Below are positions 1-10,140 of a stretch of DNA of 59,180 bases, in pieces. The notes under the pieces are model-generated. The model had not been told where the DNA came from, made no database searches, and worked only from the letters and a program-made list of their open reading frames with translations. The first letter of the stretch is position 1. Each line of letters starts with the position of its first letter. Source of the DNA: a virus. Its lineage: Duplodnaviria; Caudoviricetes. The stretch lies in IMG/VR virus record IMGVR_UViG_3300014501_000021, positions 1 to 59,180 of that record. One strand, given 5' to 3'. The position numbers and the translations under genes were made by a program.

Positions 1-1
1 A

Positions 2-349
2 GAAAGCAATGTACAACAGCCGCTCCAGGGGCCTGGCGGACTTACGGTAGGTGTTGGTTACGACTATACCAATTTCGATCGTGGTGGTCTTATCAGCGTA
101 TTCCAGAACGGTGGTTCGTTTGAGCTTTTCAACGACCAAGGCGAACTTGCGCCTCTTTCCCCAAGTGGTGGTAACCCTTTCGTTATCGGTGACACCTTCG
201 TATCAAATAACTACGTGTATGCACAGGTCAATACTGGTTTAGTTACTGCCGTTGCCGCTGGTAACTCTGCCCCAATCGGCTCATGCATTTCCGTAACGAA
301 TGCCGGCAGCGCTGCAGATATGGTACTGCAGATCAAGCTAAGCATCTAA
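2..349 (+). CDS. 5'-truncated ORF, probable capsid decoration/cement protein
   Basis: Not in the ORF track. Frame 2 is open from the window start (ESNVQQPLQGPGG...APIGSCISVTNAGSAADMVLQIKLSI) to TAA at 347-349, directly upstream of the capsid RBS. Position and beta-rich composition fit a decoration protein. Confidence 0.55.
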   Translation, partial: ESNVQQPLQGPGGLTVGVGYDYTNFDRGGLISVFQNGGSFELFNDQGELAPLSPSGGNPFVIGDTFVSNNYVYAQVNTGLVTAVAAGNSAPIGSCISVTNAGSAADMVLQIKLSI

Positions 350-358
350 AAGGAGACA

Positions 359-1360
359 ATGAACATGGAATCTAAAGTAACTCCTGCAGATGAGCAGGTC
401 TATGGTATTAACTTAACTTCATCTCAGGTTGAGGATCGCCTCAGCCGTTTGATGAACAGCCCGGGTGGCCTACAGAAAATTGCGCAACAGATGCTTTCAC
501 CTCTGAAGCGTGATCTTTTGTTTGAGGGTCGTATTCGCCAGATCTACCAGACGTACAAGTTAGCTCTTGGTGAAGAGGCCGTATTCGACGCAGATCTTGA
601 CGTACCGGCAGCTAGTATTTCTGTCGAAGGTTTGCCCGAACAGCTAGAAGTTAGATCAGACCGTATTCGTATTGAAACGTCTCCAATTACCGTTCGTCCT
701 ATGGTACGTTGGAACGAGTCTAACTTCCGTAAGTTCGACGTGCTTAACCGTGCGCAGGAAAGAGGTAAGGCTTCCATTCAGTTCCAGGAAGATGCACGCG
801 GCTTCGCGCTTCTTCAGTACGCAGCAACTCTAACTAACCAGCCTCAGGTCGAGTCGTTAATCGCCTATGAGCTTGGTGCAGCTGGAGTTACAACTGCGGC
901 TAACAACAATGCAACAGTCGTGACCACTTCAGTTGGTGCCGGTCGCCTTCTGCAGGAGTCATTGGTTGAGGGTATTGTAGACCTTCGCGGTAAGCTCTTG
1001 GTCGCTAACAAGATCTTTATGCATCCGTTCCGCGGTAAGGACTTGATGTTATTCAACACCAGCGTCTCCGGATCTGGTGGCGCAGGAATCTTCGCGCCGA
1101 ACTTCCAGGATCAGGCCCTTAAGGCTGGTCGCGTCGGAAGCATTTGGGGCGTAGAAGTCTTAGAGGACATTATCGTTCCTACGAGTCAGGTATATGTCCT
1201 TGCTCCTGCTGACTATCTTGGAGTCATGGCGGTTCGTACTGACGTCTCCGTCGAGACACTTAAGGATAGCAACAAGTTCGCTGACGTATTCGCAATCTGG
1301 GAAGACGTTGGCTTCGTAATCCGTTACGCCAAGGGAATCTGTCAGATTCAAGTCAGCTAA
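359..1360 (+). CDS. major capsid protein (HK97-fold, inferred)
   Basis: 333 aa with AGGAG RBS and a strong hairpin downstream. C-terminal pattern (GRVGSIWGVEVLEDIIVP..VYVLAPADYLG...WEDVGFVIRYAKGI) is typical of HK97-type capsid proteins. Located at the head of the structural module. Confidence 0.85.
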   Translation: MNMESKVTPADEQVYGINLTSSQVEDRLSRLMNSPGGLQKIAQQMLSPLKRDLLFEGRIRQIYQTYKLALGEEAVFDADLDVPAASISVEGLPEQLEVRSDRIRIETSPITVRPMVRWNESNFRKFDVLNRAQERGKASIQFQEDARGFALLQYAATLTNQPQVESLIAYELGAAGVTTAANNNATVVTTSVGAGRLLQESLVEGIVDLRGKLLVANKIFMHPFRGKDLMLFNTSVSGSGGAGIFAPNFQDQALKAGRVGSIWGVEVLEDIIVPTSQVYVLAPADYLGVMAVRTDVSVETLKDSNKFADVFAIWEDVGFVIRYAKGICQIQVS

Positions 1361-1384
1361 GCGACGTTCTACACAAAAACAGAG

Positions 1385-1426
1385 CTGGCGGGGCGGCCGA
1401 AAGGCCGTCTCGCCAGTGATGTTTTC
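1385..1426 (+). terminator. intrinsic terminator-like hairpin after the capsid gene
   Basis: CTGGCGGGGCGGCC-GAAA-GGCCGTCTCGCCAG: 14-bp stem (2 G-U pairs) with a GNRA loop, followed by TGATGTTTT and preceded by AAAAAC. Confidence 0.7.
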
Positions 1427-1563
1427 ATTCTCAGGGACGAAACGTTAAGTCTAGCTGGAAGTTAACGATGTAGCCCTGCAACTAGTATTCTTGCTCGCCA
1501 TCGTTCTCTCCCTCCTCGGCTTGAGCACTTTCCCCTCCGATAATTCACTCGTTAGGAGTCTTC

Positions 1564-2229
1564 ATGGATAATGAAACGCTAAGAAAAGAAAAGTATCGTT
1601 GTACGTTCAAAGGATCAGATGGCATCACGATAAGCGACCTCGTAATTAAAGCGACAAACCCTACATATAATCGTAAGATATCCCTTCGTTACGGTGAGTA
1701 CATTCTTACTGAACTATTAGATTTTGAGGACTTAAAGAGATCGCGTATGGCAGGAGCTCTTGCTCGATTCATTGAGATGGGATGGGTTGTCGTTGAAAAT
1801 CCTTCCATCCCAGTTGAGAAAAGAGAGCCTGTTAAGCCAGTAGAGGCCGCGAAGCCCGCGGTCGTACGCGCCATTACAGAAGCGGCAGCACAAGGTCGCC
1901 CTGAGAAGCAAATATACGCGGCGACTGGTCCTACTAGTTCTATCGGCTTTCCAACGGAAGAGAAGACTGTGTCAACAGAGGTTATTTCTGTTGAACAATC
2001 GCGCAAACTTAACGGTCTTGCGATCTCCGAAGTAGATGTGAAGGTTGCTGCAGTCAATGCAACGGTTACGTTAGACAAGTTCAATGCCTTGCGCTATTTC
2101 CAAAAGCTGAAGACTATTAAAGATACTGAGGACATAGCGTTATTAGAACTAGTCGCGACAAAGTCTAACTATCCTCAGCTGGTCCACAACGCAAAAAATC
2201 GTCTTCGCGAGATCAAGAACGGTAGATAA
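1564..2229 (+). CDS. hypothetical protein (post-capsid; Pro/Ala linker, helical C-terminus)
   Basis: 221-aa ORF with AGGAG RBS; TAATG overlap with the next gene. Confidence 0.75.
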   Translation: MDNETLRKEKYRCTFKGSDGITISDLVIKATNPTYNRKISLRYGEYILTELLDFEDLKRSRMAGALARFIEMGWVVVENPSIPVEKREPVKPVEAAKPAVVRAITEAAAQGRPEKQIYAATGPTSSIGFPTEEKTVSTEVISVEQSRKLNGLAISEVDVKVAAVNATVTLDKFNALRYFQKLKTIKDTEDIALLELVATKSNYPQLVHNAKNRLREIKNGR

Positions 2230-4202
2230 TGGGAACAAAGTATACTGCGGACAATATCGGTGACCTTTCTATCATAGGAAACCTTACTGCTCTGGGTTCC
2301 CTAGCGATAGGCTCTTTCAGTTCGAGCCCCGCGTTAACCGTAACTACAGTTGGCAATTTTGCTACCGTTGGAAACATTTCAGCTGATGGAACGTTAGTAA
2401 TTGGAACTACTGGTCTCTTCGGCGGCAATGTTAACGCTCCTACATTTATTGGAGCGTTAACAGGTCATGCGTCGTTGGACTTGGCGTTGACAGGTGGTAC
2501 TCTTTCTGGTTTACTAACCGGTACGACTATTGATGCTACCACCTTTAATGGTGGAACATTTAATGGTACGCTTAGTGGGTCTAGTACAAGTCTTGCGGGA
2601 GGTACCGCAGGAGAAGTTCCTTATCAGACTGGCGCGAGTACTACCGCGTTTACATCTGGCGCGGGAAGTTCTGGGCAAGTATTAACTTCTTCTGGTGGCG
2701 GCGCTCCTACATGGACAACGCCTTCTCCTGGAGGAGTTACTAGCATTATAGCTGGTACTAATATAACCATTTCGCCTCTAGGCGGCACTGGGAACGTTAC
2801 TATCAACTCTACCGGCGGCGGAGGTGGGTCCTATTCTCGATCGTACGGAACTGGAGATAGTTCTACTACCGTCTTTACGGTTCCTACTTATGTACTAGGA
2901 AATAATTCTCTCTTAGTATATCAGGATGGTATCTTAGCCAAGCCTACCGTAGATTATACGGAGACTAGTACTACTTCTATTACGTTTGCGACAGCGCCTC
3001 CGACAGGTGCCATACTATCATTCGTAGTAGCGAGTACATCGGCCGTTGGAGGTATTGCAGGAGGCTCCGCTGGCGAAGTACTTTTCCAAACTGGTTCAGG
3101 TACTACAAGCTTCACTGCCGTAGGAACAACCGGTCAATATTTAACTTCAGCAGGAACAGGGACGCCAACTTGGACTACCGCCGGTGCAGCTAGCAGCCTT
3201 AGCGGAGGAGCTGCGGGAGAAGTTCCTTACCAGACAGGAGTAGGTACTACTGGCTTTACCGCAGTCGGTACGACAGGACAAGTTTTAACTTCAGCAGGAG
3301 CGGGTACTCCCACATGGACTACTATTTCGGGCGGTGGTGGAGGATATGCTAAAGTAGTGATGGCTGCTCCTACAGGTAGCTCTGCAGATACTACTGCAAT
3401 AAACGCGGCGCTTACCACTTTAGGATCGGCAGGCGGGGTTATAGTATTCAGAGAAGGAACTTACTGGATAACTTCCACCATAACAATTACTAATCCTGGA
3501 GTAACTTTTCAGGGACAGGGTAAAGATGTTACGATTCTTCAGGCGCAGTCTAGTGTAGGTAATGCTAGTGTCCTAACTCAGTCTGGTCCAATTAATTACT
3601 TCTCCATGCGAGATTTAACTATTGATGGAGGTTTTGCATCTAGGCCCGGCGTCAATACGAGCGATATATACTTAGTAGGCAGCACGTATAATGGTATAGT
3701 TACCAATTGTAAGTTTACTAATAATGCAAGTGGTAATACAACTCCATGGATGTTATGGGGTTTTGAAGTAATTCAAGGCTGCGACTTCTTAATAAACGGT
3801 AATACAACCGCTGAGGCAGCTGTTTCTATTGCGAATACAGGTGGAGTATTCTCAGGTAATACTATCATTGTAACGAAGGCTTGCGCCGAGGCGCTTTATA
3901 ACGGCGGTAACCAAGCAGTAACTGGTAATTATATTTCGATGGCGGCTAATATACAATATATAATTGAAACGGCAGGAGCCATCTGTTGTATTGCTAATAA
4001 TATTATTTCGTATACATCGGGAACTACGACCTACGCAATTCTTCTATCAGCATCCTCGAAAGTAACCGTTATGGGTAATATCTCTACTTCTACGTCAGCA
4101 GGAGGGATTTTCTTCAGTACGGGAGGCTTCTCATCTACCGGTACATGTATCGGTAACATGGGCTTTAGCTCATACACGGGAACTACTTCCGGTAACATTT
4201 AA
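2229..4202 (+). CDS. virion fibre/spike protein with C-terminal pectate-lyase-like beta-helix (putative depolymerase)
   Basis: GQVLTSxGxGxPTW fibre repeats, an Ig-like GDSSTTVFTVP module, then DTTAINAAL..GGVIVFREGTYWIT..GVTFQGQG and Asn/Gly-Asn-Ile ladders characteristic of right-handed parallel beta-helices. Confidence 0.7.
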   Translation: MGTKYTADNIGDLSIIGNLTALGSLAIGSFSSSPALTVTTVGNFATVGNISADGTLVIGTTGLFGGNVNAPTFIGALTGHASLDLALTGGTLSGLLTGTTIDATTFNGGTFNGTLSGSSTSLAGGTAGEVPYQTGASTTAFTSGAGSSGQVLTSSGGGAPTWTTPSPGGVTSIIAGTNITISPLGGTGNVTINSTGGGGGSYSRSYGTGDSSTTVFTVPTYVLGNNSLLVYQDGILAKPTVDYTETSTTSITFATAPPTGAILSFVVASTSAVGGIAGGSAGEVLFQTGSGTTSFTAVGTTGQYLTSAGTGTPTWTTAGAASSLSGGAAGEVPYQTGVGTTGFTAVGTTGQVLTSAGAGTPTWTTISGGGGGYAKVVMAAPTGSSADTTAINAALTTLGSAGGVIVFREGTYWITSTITITNPGVTFQGQGKDVTILQAQSSVGNASVLTQSGPINYFSMRDLTIDGGFASRPGVNTSDIYLVGSTYNGIVTNCKFTNNASGNTTPWMLWGFEVIQGCDFLINGNTTAEAAVSIANTGGVFSGNTIIVTKACAEALYNGGNQAVTGNYISMAANIQYIIETAGAICCIANNIISYTSGTTTYAILLSASSKVTVMGNISTSTSAGGIFFSTGGFSSTGTCIGNMGFSSYTGTTSGNI

Positions 4203-4211
4203 GGGTAATCT

Positions 4212-5333
4212 ATGTCTACTACTGTACATCCAGTCTACCTTACTCAAACATCTACTCCTCCGACTACTGGGCAAGTATTGACTGCTACTAGCGGTACCGC
4301 CGCTGCCTGGCAGACTCCTTCAGCAGGGACAGCAACAAATCTTTCTCTTGCAGGCTCGTCAGCAGGGGAAGTTGTCTACCAGACTAGCGCAACTACGACA
4401 GGTAACACTGCGGTTGGAACTTCTGGACAAGTTCTTACCTCTGCAGGAACGGGAGCGCCTACTTGGTCAAACACAGTCAATGAAGCGGTCTATTCGGTAA
4501 GTCCTTGGTCAAATAAAGTTTCTTTTTCGTCTAGTACTACGTTTACTGTCCCTTACGGCGTAACTAATATTCTTGTTGAATGTTATGGCGCAGGTGGCGG
4601 AGGTAACGGCGGAGGAGGCGGAGGCGGAGGGACTACAGCTTTTTCACAAAACTTTGCAGGAGGGGGAGGAGCAGGCGGTTGTGGAGGTTCCGGCGGAGGC
4701 TACACTCGTGATATTCTTGTCACTACCGCGGGCACAGTCATTACCGTTACAGTTGGGACAGGCGGCACTGGTGGAGCTGGAGGCGTTGGCGGCACCGGAG
4801 GTACAACTGGAGCGCTCGGAGGTACTCCGGGAAGTGGCGGTCTAGGTGGCACAACTTCTTTCGGAACTATAAATTCAACGGGTGGCGTTGGTTGCGAAGC
4901 TCCCTACTCTTTGGCGAACACTGTAGGGTATGGAGGTAGTAATAGCGAGGGTAACGTCGGAGGTACCGCCTTCTACGGATTACCTGGTGGTGTTGGTAGC
5001 GGCATAATCGATACACCTGGTGAAGCAGAGATTGCTAGCAGTAATGGGACTGGTTCTACCTATGTAAATAATAATCTTTCTACTCCCGCAGGAGCTGGAG
5101 GCGCTGGTAGTAAGGGTGCGTTATGTTATCCGCAGTCATCCGGAGGAGGCAACGCAGGAGCTGCTGGAGCGATTAATTCTGGAAACGGAACTGCTGGAAC
5201 TAACGCAACACAAGTTGGCTGTGGTGGCGGTGGTGGAGGTGGTGGCGGTGGTGGCGCAAACACCGGAGGCGTTGGCGGTAATGGTGGTGCAGGTGGTAAC
5301 GGCGCAAACGGTTTAGTCAATATTTGGTATTAA
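4212..5333 (+). CDS. fibre protein with glycine-rich C-terminal domain
   Basis: PTTGQVLTATS..AAW motif, then FTVPYGVTNILVECYGAGGGG and long Gly tracts ending in GANGLVNIWY, the common phage Gly-rich domain. Confidence 0.7.
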   Translation: MSTTVHPVYLTQTSTPPTTGQVLTATSGTAAAWQTPSAGTATNLSLAGSSAGEVVYQTSATTTGNTAVGTSGQVLTSAGTGAPTWSNTVNEAVYSVSPWSNKVSFSSSTTFTVPYGVTNILVECYGAGGGGNGGGGGGGGTTAFSQNFAGGGGAGGCGGSGGGYTRDILVTTAGTVITVTVGTGGTGGAGGVGGTGGTTGALGGTPGSGGLGGTTSFGTINSTGGVGCEAPYSLANTVGYGGSNSEGNVGGTAFYGLPGGVGSGIIDTPGEAEIASSNGTGSTYVNNNLSTPAGAGGAGSKGALCYPQSSGGGNAGAAGAINSGNGTAGTNATQVGCGGGGGGGGGGGANTGGVGGNGGAGGNGANGLVNIWY

Positions 5334-5336
5334 CTA

Positions 5337-7943
5337 ATGGGAACAAAGTACACAGCAGATAATTTTGGCGACATCACAGCCGTAGGTTCTTTAACTATAG
5401 GCTCCCTGGGGCAGTTTGTTGTATCAACCCTAGGTGTCGTCACTGCTCCCTCATTTATCGGGCCGCTCACAGGTCACGCTAGCTTAGACTTGTCTTTGAC
5501 AGGAGGTACACTAACAGGATTATTAACGGGCACTTCTATTACTGCGACGACCTTCACAGGAGCATTGATTGGGGGAGCTAGCCTCGATTTACCTTTGACG
5601 GGCGGTACACTAACAGGAAACCTTACTGCTCCAACCTTCTTCGGCAACCTAACGGGAAATGTAACAGGTAGTGCGTCGTTGGACTTACCTCTAACAGGAG
5701 GAACACTGACAGGTGCCTTAGCAGGTACTACGTTTAGTGGCGATGGCTCAGCGCTAACTAATTTAACGCCGGCAAATATTGCAGCAGGTACTGCAAATAT
5801 CAGCATCACAGGGACTGCGGCATCTGCGTCGTCGGTCGCAGCGAATACGTTAACTGGAACTACTTTAGCTTCTAACGTAGTAACTTCTTCGCTTACATCT
5901 TTAGGTACTCAGGCGTCTTCCCTTAATATGGGAAGTAACCAAATTATCAATTTAGCAGATCCGTCTTCGGCCCAAGGAGCGGCAACTAAGAATTACGTAG
6001 ACAGCGCTATAGCGGGTCTATATTGGAAAGAAGCGTGTCTTCTAGCCACCACTACAACCCTCCCTGCCTACAGCTATCTCAATGGATCCAGCGGTGTAGG
6101 TGCTACGATTACTGCTACAGCTACTGGCGCAGTCACTATTGACGGAACAGTTTTAGCTTTGACCGACCGACTTCTCGTTAAGAATGAAGTAGGTGGTAAC
6201 CAGCCGTATAATGGTATTTATACGGTTACGACAGCGGGAGCTCCAGGAGTACAACTTGTTTTAACTAGAGCTATAGATTATGATAGTACTGCTACTATCA
6301 ATGCGGGCGATGCGGTATTCATTGAGTCTGGAACTATCAATGCGACGTCTGCGTGGGTTCAGACAACCGTAGGACCTATAAACGTAGGTGTTACCGATCT
6401 TGATTTCGTTCAGTTTTCAGGTCCAGGATCTTATACTGCTGGAACAGGATTAACTTTAGTAGGAGTGCAGTTTAGTTTAACGACGCCTGTCACGATCTCC
6501 GATGGAGGTACAGGCACTGCTTTTACCTCCCAGAGCTTTGCGTTTATTGGTCCCTCTTCTGGATCAGGGGCGCCGTCATTCAGAGCGTTGGTCGCAAGTG
6601 ACATACCTACTCTGAATCAGAACACAACAGGTAGCGCAGCGACAGCAGCTGTTGCTACTACCGCAGATGGTCTAGCAACATCTTCCACTACAGTAGTTGT
6701 ATCTGGAGCTACCGCTCCTACTAGCGGTCAGGTATTGACCGCATCATCTGGTACTTTAGCTAGCTGGGTAAGTCCTTCGGCAGGAGGCATAAGCGCACTG
6801 ACTGGTGATGTCACTGCGTCAGGGTCAGGCTCAGTTGTGGCGACTGCTGCTGCAACTCAACCGAATATAACTACTCTTTCGAACGCTTCTGGTGTATCGA
6901 TTACCGGTACAAATTTAACATTACCTGATTTGTTACTAACGACTAACTCGATAGAAGCTACTAATCCATCGCTACCTGCACTCAACTTAAGTGCATACGG
7001 CGGAGCAAATGCAGTTCGAATTAATTCAGATCCTTATACGGGTACGGGTGGTATTGCAATATTTTCAGGTGCAGGAGCAACGCCTACTCAGGTAGCATCT
7101 ATTGATGGTAGCGGTAACCTCTCAGTTTCAGGAACTACTAGTTTAGATAACGGGGCTATAACTACAGACGGCTCCGGAGATCTCCAAACTACGGGCGTCC
7201 TGTACGCAGGCTATGGATACTCTTCTAGTATCGGTACTAATATTGTTACGGGCGGGTCAATTTTAGCTTCAGGACCTATTCAATCAGATTCTGGAGGCAC
7301 AGGCGTAACAAGAATAGTAGGTACTGGGGTTACCCAGACAGGTGCAGGACAGAATTTAGTTCTTACAGCTCCAGGCGGCGCGAGTATTACTACTACTAAT
7401 AATTTTAGTGGTACGACTATTTCTGCTACTACGTTTACAGGCGCACTAACGGGGAGTGCAACAGAGGTAGGAGGAATTACTGTTACAGGAACTCCTTCTT
7501 CGGGCCAAGTCCTTACAGCAACCTCTACGACCGCAGCGGATTGGCAGACACCTAGTGGTGGTGGTGCGTCTCTTTCTTGGACGTCATACACTTTACCTTA
7601 TACTTCTTTTACAACAGGCGCCCCAAGCGCATCAATATTTACTTTAGCTGCCCAGGAAATGGTACACGCCGTTGTAATTAAACATTCTACAGCATTTACC
7701 GGTGGCGGCTTGACAGGCTATACGATTAGTGTAGGACCTATTTATTCAGTTAATAAATATGCTAGCGCATTCAATGTTTTCCAGACAGTCGGATCTCAAG
7801 CCGCACAAACTTCTCAGTGTCTCTTTATAGAAGATTTCAGTTCGGCTAATGTTATTTATGCTACCGCGGTTGCTACAGGTGCTGCAGTTAGTGCTGCTAC
7901 AGCTGGGAGCGTAACAATATGGATTTTAACTAGCACAATATAA
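5337..7943 (+). CDS. long fibre protein
   Basis: N-terminus MGTKYTADN shared with the 2229 gene; SLDLxLTGGTL repeats; IINLADP..AATKNYVD motif; the widespread fibre domain WKEACLLATT..TIDG..DRLLVKNE..NGIYTV..LTRAIDYD. Confidence 0.75.
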   Translation: MGTKYTADNFGDITAVGSLTIGSLGQFVVSTLGVVTAPSFIGPLTGHASLDLSLTGGTLTGLLTGTSITATTFTGALIGGASLDLPLTGGTLTGNLTAPTFFGNLTGNVTGSASLDLPLTGGTLTGALAGTTFSGDGSALTNLTPANIAAGTANISITGTAASASSVAANTLTGTTLASNVVTSSLTSLGTQASSLNMGSNQIINLADPSSAQGAATKNYVDSAIAGLYWKEACLLATTTTLPAYSYLNGSSGVGATITATATGAVTIDGTVLALTDRLLVKNEVGGNQPYNGIYTVTTAGAPGVQLVLTRAIDYDSTATINAGDAVFIESGTINATSAWVQTTVGPINVGVTDLDFVQFSGPGSYTAGTGLTLVGVQFSLTTPVTISDGGTGTAFTSQSFAFIGPSSGSGAPSFRALVASDIPTLNQNTTGSAATAAVATTADGLATSSTTVVVSGATAPTSGQVLTASSGTLASWVSPSAGGISALTGDVTASGSGSVVATAAATQPNITTLSNASGVSITGTNLTLPDLLLTTNSIEATNPSLPALNLSAYGGANAVRINSDPYTGTGGIAIFSGAGATPTQVASIDGSGNLSVSGTTSLDNGAITTDGSGDLQTTGVLYAGYGYSSSIGTNIVTGGSILASGPIQSDSGGTGVTRIVGTGVTQTGAGQNLVLTAPGGASITTTNNFSGTTISATTFTGALTGSATEVGGITVTGTPSSGQVLTATSTTAADWQTPSGGGASLSWTSYTLPYTSFTTGAPSASIFTLAAQEMVHAVVIKHSTAFTGGGLTGYTISVGPIYSVNKYASAFNVFQTVGSQAAQTSQCLFIEDFSSANVIYATAVATGAAVSAATAGSVTIWILTSTI

Positions 7944-7946
7944 ACT

Positions 7947-8813
7947 ATGCCATTTGTATACTATTACGACCCAAGTGACGGAGTTCCATCTGAATCAAAG
8001 GTAGGTGCTTTGACTGGAGCAGCGACCAATGTGCCTGGAGTTTTAACAAACGCTACTCCTCCTTCAGCTAACCAAGTTTTGGCTACCACAGATGCTAACG
8101 ATGCCACGTGGACTTCTACTCCTACCATTAATATTACAGGTAGTGCCTCCTTGGACTTGCCTCTGACAGGAGGATCGTTGTCGGGCGCAATATCCATTCC
8201 TAGCGGCGATTTCTATACGTGGACAACTGCGGGAGATCAAATCCCAGGTATAGGTGCTACAGCTTCCACGAACGGGATTATGGTTCTTCAAACGTATGGA
8301 GGAACCGGCGCAGTCTACATTAACCCTAATCCTTCTACAGGTACAGGTGGTCTTGTTGTATGTGCTGGAGGAGTAACGACCTTCTCTGCCGTTGGAGGCA
8401 TCAGTGGCGCTGGAGTCGTAAGCGGTACATCTCTTTCCGTATCTGGTCAAGTTGGAGGAGGCTCTGCAAATATTACGGGAGCAGTCCTCGGCGGTCAGTT
8501 TACAGACACGATTGATAACTTAACCCCAGGCAGTGGAAGTTATACTGTCAGCTGGGCGTCAGGCGCAATCGTTAATCTCGATTTAACTACGAGCACCACT
8601 ATTACTTTTTCTGGTGCGGTAGCTGGACAGACTCTAACATTCTTCTTAACTCAAGGCGGTTCCGGATCAAATACGGTTGCTTGGGCGAATACTATAAGAT
8701 GGCCCGGCGGTACTGCTCCGACACTTACAACGACCGAAAGTAAGACAGATGTTATATCTTTCTTTTATAATGGATCGAGCTACTTCGGATTCATTGGTGG
8801 ATTAAATTTCTAA
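7947..8813 (+). CDS. fibre-associated protein
   Basis: C-terminal LTQGGSGSNTVAW..WPGGTAPTLTTT..KTDVISFFY domain is common in phage fibre proteins; shares an internal segment (YGGxxAVxINxxPxTGTGG) with the 5337 protein. Confidence 0.65.
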   Translation: MPFVYYYDPSDGVPSESKVGALTGAATNVPGVLTNATPPSANQVLATTDANDATWTSTPTINITGSASLDLPLTGGSLSGAISIPSGDFYTWTTAGDQIPGIGATASTNGIMVLQTYGGTGAVYINPNPSTGTGGLVVCAGGVTTFSAVGGISGAGVVSGTSLSVSGQVGGGSANITGAVLGGQFTDTIDNLTPGSGSYTVSWASGAIVNLDLTTSTTITFSGAVAGQTLTFFLTQGGSGSNTVAWANTIRWPGGTAPTLTTTESKTDVISFFYNGSSYFGFIGGLNF

Positions 8814-8814
8814 T

Positions 8815-9456
8815 ATGCGTATTGGTCATCTCGTTATAGATGCGTACAAAGGCTTACTTCCTAATATATACTCAACGCCGGGGAGTTATTCTTTAACAGT
8901 ACCTTCTGGCCATACGCAAGCGACTATCCTCCTACACGGTCCCGGCGGAGGCGCCGGAGGAAGCGGAGATCCTTTGAATGAAGAAGGAGGATATTGCGGT
9001 GGAGGTGGAGGTGGATTTACCGCGGGATCTACGGGAACTTATGGTTATGGTGATCCTCCAGGAACTGCGGGAACTAACACTACTCTTTCACATAGTAGTA
9101 CTACTATAGCGATAGCAGCAGTTGGCGCCGGAGGTCAAGGAGGAAATGGTCCGGGTAATTCTGGTTTTCCAGGACCTTTCGTCGGAGGTGTTGGAGGCTC
9201 TGCCGGAACTAGTTCTGCATCAGGACTTACGCTAGTAGCGGGCGGAGGCTCGTCTGGCGGCGCTCCTGTTTTATTCAATGGTTCTGGAGGTTCTTCAGGT
9301 GACGCAGTAAGTGGCACAATTTCGGTTACTAACGGAGAAGTACTTACTATTGTCGTAGGAACAGGAGGCGGGGGAGGCGCGTGCTCGTACGCCGGTTTTT
9401 CTCCTCCTAAGGGTAATCCTGGCTCGTCTGGGTACGTGTCTATAACTTTTATTTAA
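8815..9456 (+). CDS. glycine-rich domain protein (adhesin/fibre tip-like)
   Basis: YSTPGSYSLTVP..GPGGGAGG...GSSGYVSITF; same domain type as the 4212 and 47618 proteins. Confidence 0.65.
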   Translation: MRIGHLVIDAYKGLLPNIYSTPGSYSLTVPSGHTQATILLHGPGGGAGGSGDPLNEEGGYCGGGGGGFTAGSTGTYGYGDPPGTAGTNTTLSHSSTTIAIAAVGAGGQGGNGPGNSGFPGPFVGGVGGSAGTSSASGLTLVAGGGSSGGAPVLFNGSGGSSGDAVSGTISVTNGEVLTIVVGTGGGGGACSYAGFSPPKGNPGSSGYVSITFI

Positions 9457-9457
9457 T

Positions 9458-9775
9458 ATGAAAATGATAAGATGGCTCGGAACAAATATAAGCTGGTTCT
9501 TCGATAAGCTAACAAAAGATTTAAACAAGCACAGGACTATACTGTGTTGGGTATATTCTATCTCATATCTGGTATTAGTTAGGTACTGTGTACTGACTAA
9601 TCCGTCGACAATGAATACAGCTATTATGACCACAGGCGGAGTTTGTGGTACGATTTTTTCAGCATGGGTAATTGGTAGCGCCCACGTTTCTGCTACGCGA
9701 ATTCAGTATCCAATGCCGGTTACACCCGGTAGTACAGGCGGCGATCCCGTAGATATGACCGACCCCGGATTCTAA
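9458..9775 (+). CDS. small two-TM membrane protein, holin-like
   Basis: 105 aa with two hydrophobic segments (ILCWVYSISYLVLV; AIMTTGGVCGTIFSAWVIG). Confidence 0.45.
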   Translation: MKMIRWLGTNISWFFDKLTKDLNKHRTILCWVYSISYLVLVRYCVLTNPSTMNTAIMTTGGVCGTIFSAWVIGSAHVSATRIQYPMPVTPGSTGGDPVDMTDPGF

Positions 9776-9786
9776 GGAGTATTTAA

Positions 9787-10131
9787 ATGGGTAGAGATCC
9801 AGACAGAGAGTGGCAGCTGCAAATGACTTCGTTAATTGCGGAAGTTAAAACTAATCAAGAAAATTTACATGTGACGTTAAATAATTATTGTGAAGCTACT
9901 AATAAGCGATTAGAGAAGATGGAGCACATCGTTATAGGAAATGGAAAGCCAGGCTTGTCCGAAGAGGTAAGAAGCCTCAAGGGTAAGTGGGCTGCTTTTT
10001 ATGGACTAGGTCTGCTCCTTCTATCCGGTTTGATTAATTACGCGGTAGAATCCGCTATCTTTAATAGACCAGTAGCTAGTTCACATGTGCCAGTAATAGA
10101 ATCGACAGCTAGTGCGGAAACGACAAGATAA
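9787..10131 (+). CDS. coiled-coil plus single-TM protein, holin/XhlA-like
   Basis: AGGAG RBS; N-terminal heptads, GNGKPGL motif, then TM segment WAAFYGLGLLLLSGLINYAV. Confidence 0.5.
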   Translation: MGRDPDREWQLQMTSLIAEVKTNQENLHVTLNNYCEATNKRLEKMEHIVIGNGKPGLSEEVRSLKGKWAAFYGLGLLLLSGLINYAVESAIFNRPVASSHVPVIESTASAETTR

Positions 10132-10140
10132 GGAGATCCC

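Noticed and set aside
1385-1445. Hammerhead-ribozyme-like fragments (GGCCGAAAGGCC, GGACGAAAC)
   Set aside because: The CUGANGA core is absent in the required position; the first element is better explained as a terminator hairpin.
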